Assembly (NCBI GenBank): GCA_001771575.1
Contig: MEUD01000001.1
Coordinates: forward strand, 1,575,470-1,639,469
Direction: 5' to 3'
Length of the DNA stretch: 64,000 bases
Source of the DNA: a candidate division WOR-1 bacterium RIFOXYB2_FULL_45_9
Lineage (GTDB): Bacteria > Margulisbacteria > WOR-1 > O2-12-FULL-45-9 > XYB2-FULL-48-7
Made by a program: the position numbers and the translations under genes. Below, in pieces: positions 52,967-63,063 of the stretch. The notes below the pieces were generated by a model that was not told where the DNA came from, made no database searches, and saw only the letters and a program-made list of their open reading frames with translations. The first letter of the stretch is position 1; each line of letters begins with the position of its first letter.

Positions 52967-53964
52967 AAATACTGATCGTTAAATTGGGGGCGATCGGGGA
53001 CGTTCTCCGCACGACTTCGCTCCTCCCCGGGCTAAGCGATAAGTTTAACCGCCAAGCGCGAATCGATTGGTTGACCGCTCCTTCGGCCAAAGATATTTTG
53101 CTCAATAATCCTTATATCAGCCGCTTGGCGACTTGGGAAGAGCGGGCTGAACTTGACGATTATCAGCTGGTCGTTGGCCTGGAAGACGACCGGGCGGCCT
53201 GTGAATACGTTTCGTCGCGGCGGGCGGAGCAGATAGTGGGGGCTTATTTAAAGAACGGCAAACTTACCTACACCCCCTCCGGTTGGTTCGATATGTCAAT
53301 GATCTCCCGCTTTGGCCTGGAGCAGGCGAACGTCCTGAAAAAAAAGAACCAAAACACCTACCAACAGCACATGGCCGCTCTGCTCGGGATCGAGATCTCT
53401 CCATACGTATTTAATCTGAAGCCGGAGGAGAGGGAATACGGGGAACAGGTGATTAGGGAATTAGGGATTGGAAAAAGAGAGACGATCATCGGGATTAATA
53501 CCGGAGCGGGGAAGCGCTGGCCGCTTAAAAGCTGGGGAGTAGAACAGACGATCGATCTGGTTAAAAGGCTCCGAAAGGAACTGGGGCTGGTCTCCCTGAT
53601 ACTTGGCGGTGACCAGGAACAGGAGCGAAACGCCCTGATCGCCAAAGAGACCGATATGCCAAATGCCGGGTCGCATTCATTGCGCGGTTTCGCATCGGTA
53701 ATTGACCAGGGGAGGATCCTTCTCTCCAGCGACAGCCTGGCGATGCACTTCGGCATCGCTTTAAAAAAACGGCTGGTCGTCTTTTTCGGCCCGACATCCG
53801 CCGCCGAGATCGAACTTTATGGGTTGGGGGAGAAGCTTCTCGCCCCGATCGATTGCTCCGTCTGTTACAAAAAAGACTGCGCAAAGAGCCCCAACTGCAT
53901 GGTCCTTCTTTCGGTCGACGAAGTTTTCCAGGCGATAAAAAGACAAGCGAGTGAGGGCCTTTAA
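52960..53964 (+). CDS. family 9 glycosyltransferase (LPS heptosyltransferase-like)
   Basis: KILIVKLGAIGDVLRTTSLL N-terminus, GINTGAG…RWP and SDSLAMH blocks typical of RfaF/RfaC. Confidence 0.8.
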   Translation: MVKILIVKLGAIGDVLRTTSLLPGLSDKFNRQARIDWLTAPSAKDILLNNPYISRLATWEERAELDDYQLVVGLEDDRAACEYVSSRRAEQIVGAYLKNGKLTYTPSGWFDMSMISRFGLEQANVLKKKNQNTYQQHMAALLGIEISPYVFNLKPEEREYGEQVIRELGIGKRETIIGINTGAGKRWPLKSWGVEQTIDLVKRLRKELGLVSLILGGDQEQERNALIAKETDMPNAGSHSLRGFASVIDQGRILLSSDSLAMHFGIALKKRLVVFFGPTSAAEIELYGLGEKLLAPIDCSVCYKKDCAKSPNCMVLLSVDEVFQAIKRQASEGL

Positions 53965-55466
53965 TACTTCGTGCTTCGACAGGCGGTGACGTAAGCCGAG
54001 GCCGCTTCGCGGGACGAGTTATAACATCTTTCCCCTTTGATCAAAACGGCGGGGATCTGTAATTTATTGGCCGACAATATCGCCGCCAAAGAAAAGAGCC
54101 AGTGGCCGGTCCGGTCGAGCGGATGAAGGATATTGGTGTTTTCCAGGACGAAGATCTTAAGCAATTTGCCGAGCGAAAAGAGGTTTGGCCTTCGGTCAAA
54201 GGAATACGTATTGATTCGACCGTCAAATGCTTTAGCCAGCGGATGATCGGCGGCGGTGATCAAGGAGATCATGTAGCCATTGCCAATCATCTGATCGAGA
54301 AATGAGGCGGCCTGGGCGATAAGCTTCTCGTCCCGGCTAAAAAAGCTGTAAGTGACGGAAAAGGTCTTTTTGCACCAGTCGTGAAAAGCGTCAGCCTGAT
54401 TTTTCAATCCCTGACCAGCAAGGAGCCGATCGAGCGCGTCGGCAATTTCACCCGGCTTGATCTCGGTCTGGCACAGGTCGTCGGGGCAATGGCTGGCGTC
54501 GCAATATTTGGGGCAGGCGCTCTTCTTTCTGACGACAACGTGTTCGGTCTTCCAGGGGCCCCAGCGGGTCGGTTTGGCCGCTTTAGAGGTGAAGATCGCC
54601 ACCATCGGGCGTTTAAGGGCGGCGGCCAGGTGCAAGGGGCCGGTGTCGACCCCGATATAGACCGAAAAACCGGCGATCAGGGCGACCAATTCCCCCAGGC
54701 TTAACCGGTCGGTCAGATCGAGGACCCCTTTGATTTCGCCAGCCACCCGGTCGGCTTTTTCCCGGTCCTTTGGCCCGCCGCTCAAGATGATCCTGGCGTT
54801 TGGGTGGCGGCTTAAAATGATCCGGGCGAGCTCCGTCCAGCTATGCGGGTCCCATGGCTTGTTGCCGCTCCCGGTCCCCAGGTGAAGCCCGATGATCAGG
54901 GCATTGGTGGGGATCCCGTTCTCCTCAAAGATCTTTTTGATCCTGGCGAGATTGTCCGCCGTTGGGACGATGGTCATCTCGCCGGGTTCGCCTTTGATCC
55001 CGAGCGGCTCCAGCAAGAGGAGGTTCTGTTCGGTCTCGTGGCGGGTGATGTCTTTCCAGCGCTGGAGCCCTTTAATGTTCTTAAACAGGGAAGTGGTTAA
55101 ATGTGCCCTGTCCCCCAGGCGGCAAGGGATCCGTGCCAGGAGGGAGATCAGGGAGTAGCTCCAGTGGTCGGTAAAAAATACCGCCAGGTCGAATTTTCTC
55201 CTCCGGAACTCTTGAACGTAGCGGGCGATCGTCCGCCAGGCCGGCCGTTCTTTTTTGAAAATCTTGTCATAGAGCCCCTCGTCGTATAGAAGGTCGTCAA
55301 GCAGGGGGGAGCGCTCGAAGATCGCGGCGCTGTAATGCCGCGTCAGCAGGGTTATTTTCGCTTCGGGAAAGCGCTGGCGCAGGGCGGACAGAGCCGGGGT
55401 GATCAGCGTTTGATCGCCGATCGCGTCGGGCCGGATGGCCAAAATATTTTTAAACGTGTTGCGCAT
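53961..55466 (-). CDS. family 9 glycosyltransferase (heptosyltransferase-like) with C-terminal extension
   Basis: ILAIRPDAIGDQTLITPAL, GLHLGTGSGNKPW, VDTGPLHLAAAL. About 150 extra C-terminal residues. Confidence 0.75.
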   Translation of the reverse strand: MRNTFKNILAIRPDAIGDQTLITPALSALRQRFPEAKITLLTRHYSAAIFERSPLLDDLLYDEGLYDKIFKKERPAWRTIARYVQEFRRRKFDLAVFFTDHWSYSLISLLARIPCRLGDRAHLTTSLFKNIKGLQRWKDITRHETEQNLLLLEPLGIKGEPGEMTIVPTADNLARIKKIFEENGIPTNALIIGLHLGTGSGNKPWDPHSWTELARIILSRHPNARIILSGGPKDREKADRVAGEIKGVLDLTDRLSLGELVALIAGFSVYIGVDTGPLHLAAALKRPMVAIFTSKAAKPTRWGPWKTEHVVVRKKSACPKYCDASHCPDDLCQTEIKPGEIADALDRLLAGQGLKNQADAFHDWCKKTFSVTYSFFSRDEKLIAQAASFLDQMIGNGYMISLITAADHPLAKAFDGRINTYSFDRRPNLFSLGKLLKIFVLENTNILHPLDRTGHWLFSLAAILSANKLQIPAVLIKGERCYNSSREAASAYVTACRSTKY

Positions 55467-57087
55467 TTATTTTTTCCAGAAAGAGATCGGCCAGGTTATC
55501 GACCGCTCCGCGATCGCCGTTGATAATGACCGGCGGAAAGTTTAGGTAAGCCCCGGCGAGCAACGCGGCCAGCCGCCAGGCTAACCCGGTCTTTCCTATC
55601 GGATTATATACAACGCTGATGTCTTGCTCAACCAGCTGGTCGATCTTGCCGCGAGCGGGGAGAAAAACGTTGAACCCTTCTTTTTTGAGCGTCGCCGCTG
55701 TCGCCTCGTTATTTTGGGTCAGTAAAATATTGAGCGACTTAGCCGCCCAATAACGTTTGGTTTCACGTACTCCAGTTATCCCCCGGCCGGCCATCAGCTC
55801 GGTGAATTCATCGAGAAGCTCTTCGGCGGTGATCTGGTCGGCGCAAGCAGTTGACTGACATGAGCGGGTCGCGCAGATCAACGGGCAATCGACCGCCTTC
55901 CGGACAATGCGGTGCGGAACCCCCCATGGCCCCCAGGTTAGCGGCTTCTGCGCCTTACTGGTATAAATGACGAGGCAGGGAGTTTTGACCCCGGCCGCCA
56001 GGTGGGTCGGCCCGGAATCACAGCCGACGTGATAGCGGCATAGGGCGATGAGGGCGGCATTTTCACCGACGGTAGTTTTGCCGGTCAGGTCGATCGCGAG
56101 ATCGCTTTCGGACGCGATCTCTTCCGCCAGCTGTTTTTCCTCCGCGCCGCCGAGAATAATAAATCGACAGCCGAATTTATCGGCCGCCAGTTCAATGAAG
56201 CGGCGGTATGTTTTGGCCGGCAGGGCCTTGTTCGTCCCGCTGGTCCCCGGGGAGAGCGCGACGATAAATTCGGAGGACGGCAGGAGCCAGGCCGCCGACT
56301 CTTTGTTCGCTTCAGAGAGGTGAAGGTCAAGAAGCGGGGGATCGTTTATTTCTCCGATCCCTTTGATGATGTCAAAATTCCTCTCGATCTGGTGGGTCGC
56401 GAAGCTCAAGCGGCGAAAAACTCCCTGGTTGTATAGCCAGCCGTATTTTTTGGTCTCGAGCGGGCCGCTGCGATACGGGATCCCGGCCCGCCAGGCGGCG
56501 AGGGGGAAGAGGGGGTCTTCCCAGAGCGAAATTATCAGGTCGTACTGGCGTTCTTTAAAAAGCGAGATCAGTCGTTCTTTGTTTTCGGGATGGACGATGA
56601 CCTGGTTCAGCGCCGGATGATCAGAAACCAGCTCTTTGGTGAGATCACGGCACAAAAAGTCGATCCTGGCTCCGGGGAAAAGTTTTTTGACCGGGGCGAT
56701 CGCTGCGGTTGCCAGGACGGTGTCCCCAATGGCGTCCGCCCGCTGGATGACGATCTTTTTAATGTCGTGCGGAGGCTTGCCGGTCGTCGTCAGATAGTAA
56801 AGATAAACGACGATCCTGGGAGCGAAATACGCGATCGCCGCCAGGACGATCGGCGCGATCCCGGCTAAGAAGATGAGGAGCGAGATGGTCGCCGCCTGAA
56901 GAATAAGTCGCCGGGAGGGGAGGCGCAATTTTAAAGTGAGATAGCCTGACCCGATCAGCACGATGAAAGCGGCCAGCAAGGCCCAGCCCCCCCGAAAAAT
57001 AAAGATCGCCGCCGCGAGGACCAGGATGGCGTAAATATCGGAGAACTGTTGGGTCATCAGGTTTATTTTCTTAAACCGAGAATTCAT
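55450..57087 (-). CDS. family 9 glycosyltransferase (heptosyltransferase-like) with N-terminal TM segments
   Basis: IVIQRADAIGDTVLATAAI, SPGTSGTNKALP, CDSGPTHLAA. Two to three N-terminal TM helices. Confidence 0.75.
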   Translation of the reverse strand: MNSRFKKINLMTQQFSDIYAILVLAAAIFIFRGGWALLAAFIVLIGSGYLTLKLRLPSRRLILQAATISLLIFLAGIAPIVLAAIAYFAPRIVVYLYYLTTTGKPPHDIKKIVIQRADAIGDTVLATAAIAPVKKLFPGARIDFLCRDLTKELVSDHPALNQVIVHPENKERLISLFKERQYDLIISLWEDPLFPLAAWRAGIPYRSGPLETKKYGWLYNQGVFRRLSFATHQIERNFDIIKGIGEINDPPLLDLHLSEANKESAAWLLPSSEFIVALSPGTSGTNKALPAKTYRRFIELAADKFGCRFIILGGAEEKQLAEEIASESDLAIDLTGKTTVGENAALIALCRYHVGCDSGPTHLAAGVKTPCLVIYTSKAQKPLTWGPWGVPHRIVRKAVDCPLICATRSCQSTACADQITAEELLDEFTELMAGRGITGVRETKRYWAAKSLNILLTQNNEATAATLKKEGFNVFLPARGKIDQLVEQDISVVYNPIGKTGLAWRLAALLAGAYLNFPPVIINGDRGAVDNLADLFLEKINAQHV

Positions 57088-58565
57088 TCTCGGGTCCTTT
57101 TCAGGAGAACGTATGAGCTTTTTTCGTCGACTACGGCAAAACGCTTGTCCGCTCTGATCTTATCGTAGAGCGGCGCGTACTCTTTTTTTGAGAGCGGTCC
57201 CGGCAGGGGAGTTTCTCCGACAAAAGTGTATTCCAGGAGCTTACCGTAGTTTTTCTTTTTAATGAGCTGGGTCAGGGCGGTCGTGTAATCCCCTTCGATC
57301 GGCCAGGTTGGATCGAGCTTGCAGAGGACAAGGTAGTCCGACTTTTCCCAATTCTTGGGGAAGAGCCAGATCTTTTCCCGGTGGGCCAAGTGGGGGTAGA
57401 GGCTTCCCAGCGCCGAAATTGCCGAGTCGGCGGGGATTTGCCGAAGCAGTCGGTGCCCCTCTTTGACCGGCTCGGTTATCACAGTGTAGCGGAAATAAAA
57501 GCCGGTGAAGAAATAAAGGGCTGAAAGGAACATAAAAAAGACGATGCTCTTTTTTATCCGGGCGAGCCTTCGGGTTTCTCCCGGTTGGACCGTGGCCAGG
57601 CCAAGAATGGCGGTCATAAAGACAAATGGGACGATTGACGCAGGGTAACGGGTGCCGAGCTGGTACATGTCCCGATAAGTGCTCAAGAGATTGATGGCGA
57701 AGATCGGCAGGGCCGGGACCAGCAGGGCGGGAGAGCGCCAGGAGAGAAAAGCGACCGGGAGAAAAAGCCCGATCATGAACCAGATCTTTTCGGGAGTTAG
57801 GATATAGCCTAAAACATAGAACGGCCTTGTAACTATGGTCCGCAAAATGGCGGGGATCGAATCGCCCAAATATGCGTAGCGCTCATAATACGCGTAACTG
57901 CCTCCGGTGTTAAAGTGTGGGATGATGACCGTGATCGCCAGGATAAAGAGGGCCAGGCCGCAAATAAAGAGCCCCCCGCCGAGAAGCTTTTCTTTCTTAA
58001 AACCGAGGATGTAAAGTCCGAAAAAGGCGGCGACCAGATAAATGTTCTCCTGGCAGAGCATGGCCAGCCCGAGAAAGAGAAGAAATAAAGGATAGCGATC
58101 CCTGATTAAATAATATACGGCAAAGAGGAGGGGGGTGATACAGAGAGCGATCGGGTAATATCCCTGGAAGGTGATATTGACCGTCGGCAAATAGAGCAGG
58201 TAAGCGAGAGGCAGGAGCCAGACAAAGGAGGAGTCGCCCAGGCTGTCGCGCGCCTGCCAATAAATCGGGAGGGCTCCCAGCCCGATCAACAGGGTCTGGC
58301 CGAAAAACAAAATGAACGGTCCGAGCCCCAGAAGATAGAACGGGATAAAAAGAAGGGTTGCCAGCTCCAGATGGTCGCCCAGGGTGGTGGAACCTTTAAT
58401 GTCGCTGTACATAAACTTTCCCTGAATGGTGTTATAGATCAAATTATCGTTGAATCCGTCGTCTAAGGCGTTATTGTTGAAAGTATAATGCTGCATCAGC
58501 CGAAAACCGGTAAAAAATATGGTAAAGAGAATGATGAACCAGATGATCCGCTCCCGGTATTTCAT
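57084..58565 (-). CDS. polytopic membrane protein, DUF2079-like (putative GT-C fold)
   Basis: 493 aa with at least 12 TM helices and a C-terminal soluble domain. Sits between GT9 and LpxB-like genes. Family name from memory, not verified. Confidence 0.45.
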   Translation of the reverse strand: MKYRERIIWFIILFTIFFTGFRLMQHYTFNNNALDDGFNDNLIYNTIQGKFMYSDIKGSTTLGDHLELATLLFIPFYLLGLGPFILFFGQTLLIGLGALPIYWQARDSLGDSSFVWLLPLAYLLYLPTVNITFQGYYPIALCITPLLFAVYYLIRDRYPLFLLFLGLAMLCQENIYLVAAFFGLYILGFKKEKLLGGGLFICGLALFILAITVIIPHFNTGGSYAYYERYAYLGDSIPAILRTIVTRPFYVLGYILTPEKIWFMIGLFLPVAFLSWRSPALLVPALPIFAINLLSTYRDMYQLGTRYPASIVPFVFMTAILGLATVQPGETRRLARIKKSIVFFMFLSALYFFTGFYFRYTVITEPVKEGHRLLRQIPADSAISALGSLYPHLAHREKIWLFPKNWEKSDYLVLCKLDPTWPIEGDYTTALTQLIKKKNYGKLLEYTFVGETPLPGPLSKKEYAPLYDKIRADKRFAVVDEKSSYVLLKRTRE

Positions 58566-59723
58566 CCGAGAGTTTCCAGGGCTAATTTAACGATCCGGTC
58601 CGTTCCCCCCCAGTCGGATTTGCTCGCCCGGCCGATCCGGGACATCTCCGACATCTTGGCTGGATCGCGCAGGATCTTCCAGATCGCCGCCGCCGTCTCT
58701 TCCGGTTTTCCGCTTAAGACCGCCATCGACTCTCCCGTGATCTTCCTAATCTCCTGCCAGCGGCGCGGAGTTGTCTGGGCGCCGCTACCGGGGAAGCAAA
58801 CGACCGGCTTGCCGAAGGCGACCGCCTGTTCGTTGGCGATCCCGGCCAAACCAATGATCAGGTCGGAGCGGACGCAGACGTCGCCGAACTTCCCTTCCGC
58901 CAGATAAACGGCGGTGCCGCGCGGCGAGACCAGCATTCCGGTAACCCCGCGCTTTAAGTCGGCCGGCAGGGTCTCGTACATCCGCCAGCCGATCTCGGTC
59001 ATTTTTTTTGCCAGGCGTTGCCGGTCAAGGGTCGAAGCGACCAACCCGACGAATTTCTCGTCTTTGTCGGATTGAGCCGCCATTTTTTCGATCACTTTAA
59101 GGATCAAGCCGAGGTTGTCAAAGGCCTCTTCCCGCGTGCCGGGGAGGATCCCGATCACGGTCTTGTTTTTTTCAATGCCAAAATCCTCGCCGGTCAGTGG
59201 GACGTAATCCATGACCCAGCTCCCCAGGTAGCGGGCGGGGAGTTTTTCTTTTTGGAGGTAGCTTGCCGTCTCCCGGTCCTGGACGACGATCTCGGAGCAG
59301 TAGCGGCGCATCAGCCACTTTTCAAGCGGCCAGTAGCCGGCGATTTTCACCGATTTTGGCCCGTCGATAAAGATCAGCGGTTTTTTAACGAAAAGGCCGC
59401 AAAGAGCGACGACAAACGCGTCGCCGACCGCGATCACCAGATCGGGCCGCTGGTTTTTTAAGATCGCGATCTGCCGCGCCAAGAGCGGGCCCCAGCCGGC
59501 CAATAGATCTTTGATAAAATGCGCCGGGCCTTCCTTGGCAAAGCCGCCGCTCGGGAGGAGTTTTTTCAGACCGAGGCTTGGGAGCCCTTTTCTCTCGTAA
59601 GCTTTTCCCAGACCGACCAGAGGAAAAGCGCTGATCTTGAGATCTGGACGGAGCGCTTTTAATCCGGCGCCGATCTCGGCCGCCGCCAGATCTTCGGCGT
59701 GGCCGTTGCTGACCAGCAATACC
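58562..59723 (-). CDS. lipid-A-disaccharide synthase-related (LpxB-like, TIGR03492-type) glycosyltransferase
   Basis: Start set at GTG 59723 (AAGGAG RBS 9 nt upstream), giving MSKRVLLVSNGHAEDL. The LVSNGHxED N-terminus is characteristic of the LpxB-related family. GT-B fold features follow. Confidence 0.6.
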
Positions 59724-59726
59724 CGC

Positions 59727-60578
59727 TTAGACACGGCGCGATTCTCCTTTGCAAAAGATCCGGAGGATCTCAATATATGCGGAGAGCTTTTCTTTGTTCT
59801 TCAGCCAGGGGTAGGCGAGAGCGGTGATCAATATCGCCGGGAGGAGGAGCAGGACGACCAGCCAGCGGTAAAGCTGGTAGGCGATCAAGCCGTAATGTTT
59901 TTTGCAGAAATAAAGGCCGCCGCGAAACCCTTCGATAAAAATCTCTTTTCTAAACAAATTAATGGTATAGCCGCCGAGATGGACAACTTCAGATTGAGGG
60001 ACAAAATAAATCTTCCACCCCGCTTTAACGATCCGGCGGGTGTAGTCGAGGTCGTCGTTGGAAAAGAAGAAATTCTCGTCGAGCAGGCCGACCTGGTCGA
60101 TCGTCGTTCGCCTGACCAGCAGGCAGGCGGCGATCAGGTAATTGACCGTGACCGGTTTGGGGGAGAGCCAAAAGCGGCGGGCAAAAATCCCTCCCTGATG
60201 CTGGACGGTCCCGTCCGGGTTGAGGAGCTTTGGCCCGCAGGCTCCCGCGCCCGGGTGGGCGTCCATGAACTCAACGAGCCGGTCGAGCGCTTTTTCCTTG
60301 ACGATCGTGTCGTTGTTGAGGAGGAGGGCGTAGCGTCCGTGATAGACCTTGAGCCCCTGGTTGTTCGCTTTGCAGAAGCCTAAGTTTTCTTCGTTTTCCA
60401 AAATGGTAACCCTGGGGAATTGCTCTTTGACCAGGCGGAGGGAGTTGTCGCTGGAGTGGTTGTCGACCAAAATAATTTCAAACGAGATCTTGCCGGTCGA
60501 ATTATAGATCGAGCGGAGGCAATCTCCCAAAAGCTTTTCGCCGTTATAATTAACGATAATAATGGAAAGATCGATCAT
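59727..60578 (-). CDS. family 2 glycosyltransferase
   Basis: LSIIIVNYNGEKLLGDCLRSI…VDNHSSDNS…LLNNDT. GT-A DXD architecture with a C-terminal TM region. Confidence 0.8.
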   Translation of the reverse strand: MIDLSIIIVNYNGEKLLGDCLRSIYNSTGKISFEIILVDNHSSDNSLRLVKEQFPRVTILENEENLGFCKANNQGLKVYHGRYALLLNNDTIVKEKALDRLVEFMDAHPGAGACGPKLLNPDGTVQHQGGIFARRFWLSPKPVTVNYLIAACLLVRRTTIDQVGLLDENFFFSNDDLDYTRRIVKAGWKIYFVPQSEVVHLGGYTINLFRKEIFIEGFRGGLYFCKKHYGLIAYQLYRWLVVLLLLPAILITALAYPWLKNKEKLSAYIEILRIFCKGESRRV

Positions 60579-60579
60579 T

Positions 60580-61302
60580 TTACTTATTGAGCCGGAGGGC
60601 TTTGCCGAGCTTATAGAAGTTTAAGGCGAGAAGGTGCTGGATATATTGGATAGTTTCGCGGCTCCCCATTTTGCTCTCTCCCGCCGCCCGTTCGGCAAAG
60701 ACGATCGGGTATTCAGCCACTTTTCCCTGGTGGTTCCCTTTGACCATCAGCTCTAATCCGACCTTACAGCCGATCGGACTGATCCTGGTCCCCTCCAGGA
60801 TCTTTTTATCGAACATAAAAAAGCCGGAGGTCAGGTCGCTTACCGGGGTCAGCATCCGGCCGAGCATCCGTGCCCCCCAGGAAAAGAACTTCCGGTACCA
60901 GATCCAGTCGGAGGTCCCGCCGCCGCTGACGTGGCGGCTGCCGATGACCAAATTGGCTTTGCCGCTCTTGATCATTTTGAACATTTCGGGGAGGACTTCC
61001 GGCGGATGGCTCAGGTCGCCGTCCATAATACAGACGATAGGAGCTTCGGCCAGGCGGATGCCGTCCATGATCGCCGGTCCCGGACCGAGCCGCTGTTTCC
61101 TGACGTAGACCCGGATCGGGTATTTGGCTGACAGTTCCGCGGCCAGATCGGCGGTCCCGTCGGGGGAGGAGTCGTCGATCACCAGGATCTCCCCGTGGAT
61201 CCAGCCGCTTTTGAGCGCGGCAAAGACCCGCTCCGCCATGGCGCCGATGTTCTTGGCTTCGTTATAGGTTGGGATTGAAATCGTTAATTCTGGTTTTGAC
61301 AT
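60580..61302 (-). CDS. polyprenyl-phosphate glycosyltransferase (ArnC / dolichyl-phosphate mannose synthase-like, GT2)
   Basis: LTISIPTYNEAKNI…VIDDSSPDGT…MDGDLSHPP…VIGSRH are the DPM1/ArnC family blocks. Confidence 0.85.
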   Translation of the reverse strand: MSKPELTISIPTYNEAKNIGAMAERVFAALKSGWIHGEILVIDDSSPDGTADLAAELSAKYPIRVYVRKQRLGPGPAIMDGIRLAEAPIVCIMDGDLSHPPEVLPEMFKMIKSGKANLVIGSRHVSGGGTSDWIWYRKFFSWGARMLGRMLTPVSDLTSGFFMFDKKILEGTRISPIGCKVGLELMVKGNHQGKVAEYPIVFAERAAGESKMGSRETIQYIQHLLALNFYKLGKALRLNK

Positions 61303-62927
61303 TGCAGGACCAAAAGATCTCCTTTTATCCCTAATATTTTAACATATTCGGGGAGGTTAAAACGGATCTTTTCGTATTCGGCCATCGAGAGAAAAAGATA
61401 TCCCTGGCGGCCGTTGATGAATTCCCAGACCTCGGTCTTGTTATTTAGAAAAGCGACCGTCCGCGGGCTGTAGAAAACGATCCCGGGGCGGTTGCCGGTC
61501 CCGAAGGCGGCGATTTTTTGGCCCGGTTGAAAATTACGGTCGATCTCTTTGCCGAGCGGCTTAGCCCCTTTGAACTCCTCGACCCGGGGGAGGACCATCA
61601 GGGTCAGGATGAACATAATGGCAAAGACCATGGCGGCCAGAACGTAGACCGACAGGCGCTTTTTCCCGGCAAAATAGATAACGACCGCCAGAAAACTGGT
61701 CCCCGTCAGGACCGCCGTGAGGAGATAAAGCAGGGGGAGAAAGCTTTTGTACTGCTCCGGATAGTTGATGTTCCCCGCCATGACGAACCCGGCGATCAGC
61801 ATCAAAACTACGACAAAAAGCAGGAGGTAGGAGACGATCATCCCGATCTTCATCGATTCGGCCTCTTTGAGCGAATCGTCAAATAGTTTGCCGACCATCA
61901 GCCCCAAAAACGGGTAGAGGGGGAGAATATAGGTCGGGAGCTTGGTTGTGGCGGCGGAAAAGACGATAAAGGTCGGGACGATAAGGCTAAGGCAGAGGAG
62001 GGACGAATCGCTCCGCCAGTTCCGCGCGGTCCGCCAAAAGGCGTAGGGGAGAAAAGGGGACCAGGGGGCAAAGCCCAGGATAATGGCGAGAAAATAATAA
62101 TACCAGGGCCCGGTGTGGCCGGCGACCACTCCCTGAAAACGGGAGAGAAAGAGGAAGCCGACGGTAAAATCGAGAAATGGCTTGCCGTGGCGGAAGAGCT
62201 CAATGGCGTACCAGGGGAGCCCGATCAAGGCGAAGATCAGGAGACCGGCCGGGAGCTTTAGCTCCTTGACCTTCGCGAGTTCCTTTTTCATCAGGAGGAA
62301 CAAAAAGATCGTGCCGGCCGGCAGAGCGATCCCCAGCGCTCCTTTGATCAAAAAGGCGAGGGCCATGGGAAAATAGCTTAATGTGAACCACCATTTCTTA
62401 TGGCTGGAATAGCCGGCGTAAAAACAATACAAGGCTAAAGTGACGAAAAACGTTAAGACGACGTCAAGTTCGGCGATCCGGGACAGGACCATAAATTGAA
62501 AGGCGGTCATGGTGACCAGCCCGGCGAAAAAACCGGCCCGCTCACTGCTGAAGAGCTTGCGGCCAAAAAGATAAGTGACGGCGACGGTCGTAAGGCCGCA
62601 GGCCGCGGCCGGCAGGCGCATGGCCCATTCGTTAAAGCCGATGCTCCTGGAGAGAAGGGCGACAGACCAATAATAAAGTGGGGGCTTGTCGAAGATGATC
62701 GCGCCGTTAAAACGCAGGGTCAGGTAGTCGCCATAGCGGAGCATATTCTTGACGAACTCGCCGTAAGTCGTCTCCGCCGCGTCGTAGAGAGAGAAACTCC
62801 CGAGCTTAAAGAAGAAGAGGATCGCCGCCAGGAGCATTAAGTAGAATAGATATGATTTTTTGACGCTGGAACTTGAGACCGAAGCTTCGGCCCCAGCTTT
62901 GGCAATGGGATTATTAGTATTACTCAT
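61284..62927 (-). CDS. ArnT/PMT-like (GT39/GT83) membrane glycosyltransferase, paralog 4
   Basis: DAAETTYGEFVKNM…FDKPPLYYW motif region. More than 12 TM helices. C-terminal soluble domain. Confidence 0.75.
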   Translation of the reverse strand: MSNTNNPIAKAGAEASVSSSSVKKSYLFYLMLLAAILFFFKLGSFSLYDAAETTYGEFVKNMLRYGDYLTLRFNGAIIFDKPPLYYWSVALLSRSIGFNEWAMRLPAAACGLTTVAVTYLFGRKLFSSERAGFFAGLVTMTAFQFMVLSRIAELDVVLTFFVTLALYCFYAGYSSHKKWWFTLSYFPMALAFLIKGALGIALPAGTIFLFLLMKKELAKVKELKLPAGLLIFALIGLPWYAIELFRHGKPFLDFTVGFLFLSRFQGVVAGHTGPWYYYFLAIILGFAPWSPFLPYAFWRTARNWRSDSSLLCLSLIVPTFIVFSAATTKLPTYILPLYPFLGLMVGKLFDDSLKEAESMKIGMIVSYLLLFVVVLMLIAGFVMAGNINYPEQYKSFLPLLYLLTAVLTGTSFLAVVIYFAGKKRLSVYVLAAMVFAIMFILTLMVLPRVEEFKGAKPLGKEIDRNFQPGQKIAAFGTGNRPGIVFYSPRTVAFLNNKTEVWEFINGRQGYLFLSMAEYEKIRFNLPEYVKILGIKGDLLVLQCQNQN

Positions 62928-62946
62928 TATAATTTCTCCTTCTTAC

Positions 62947-62977
62947 GGAAACCTGCGGCAATATCGCCGCGGTTTCC
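62947..62977. repeat. 31-nt REP-like palindromic repeat, copy 3 (reverse orientation; GGAAACCTGCGGCAATATCGCCGCGGTTTCC)
   Basis: Its reverse complement, GGAAACCGCGGCGATATTGCCGCAGGTTTCC, differs from copy 2 at 2 of 31 positions. Intergenic between lpxL-like and ArnT paralog 4. Confidence 0.65.
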
Positions 62978-63063
62978 TAGCAGCCGTATTCTTTTACCCC
63001 GTCTTTTTTTTGCCTTCTATCCTGCCATTTGCTTTGCCCGAGCCTTCTGTCCTGCCTTCTTTT

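Noticed and set aside
59018-60383. + strand ORFs (147 and 248 aa) across the LpxB-like and GT2 genes
   Set aside because: Antisense shadows. The minus-strand genes have clear family motifs.
63012-63056. 15-nt direct repeat GCCTTCT(A/G)TCCTGCC, two copies 30 nt apart, between the lpxL-like gene and ArnT paralog 4
   Set aside because: Only two copies, a short T/C-rich promoter-region sequence. Insufficient to call a regulatory array or CRISPR-like structure.
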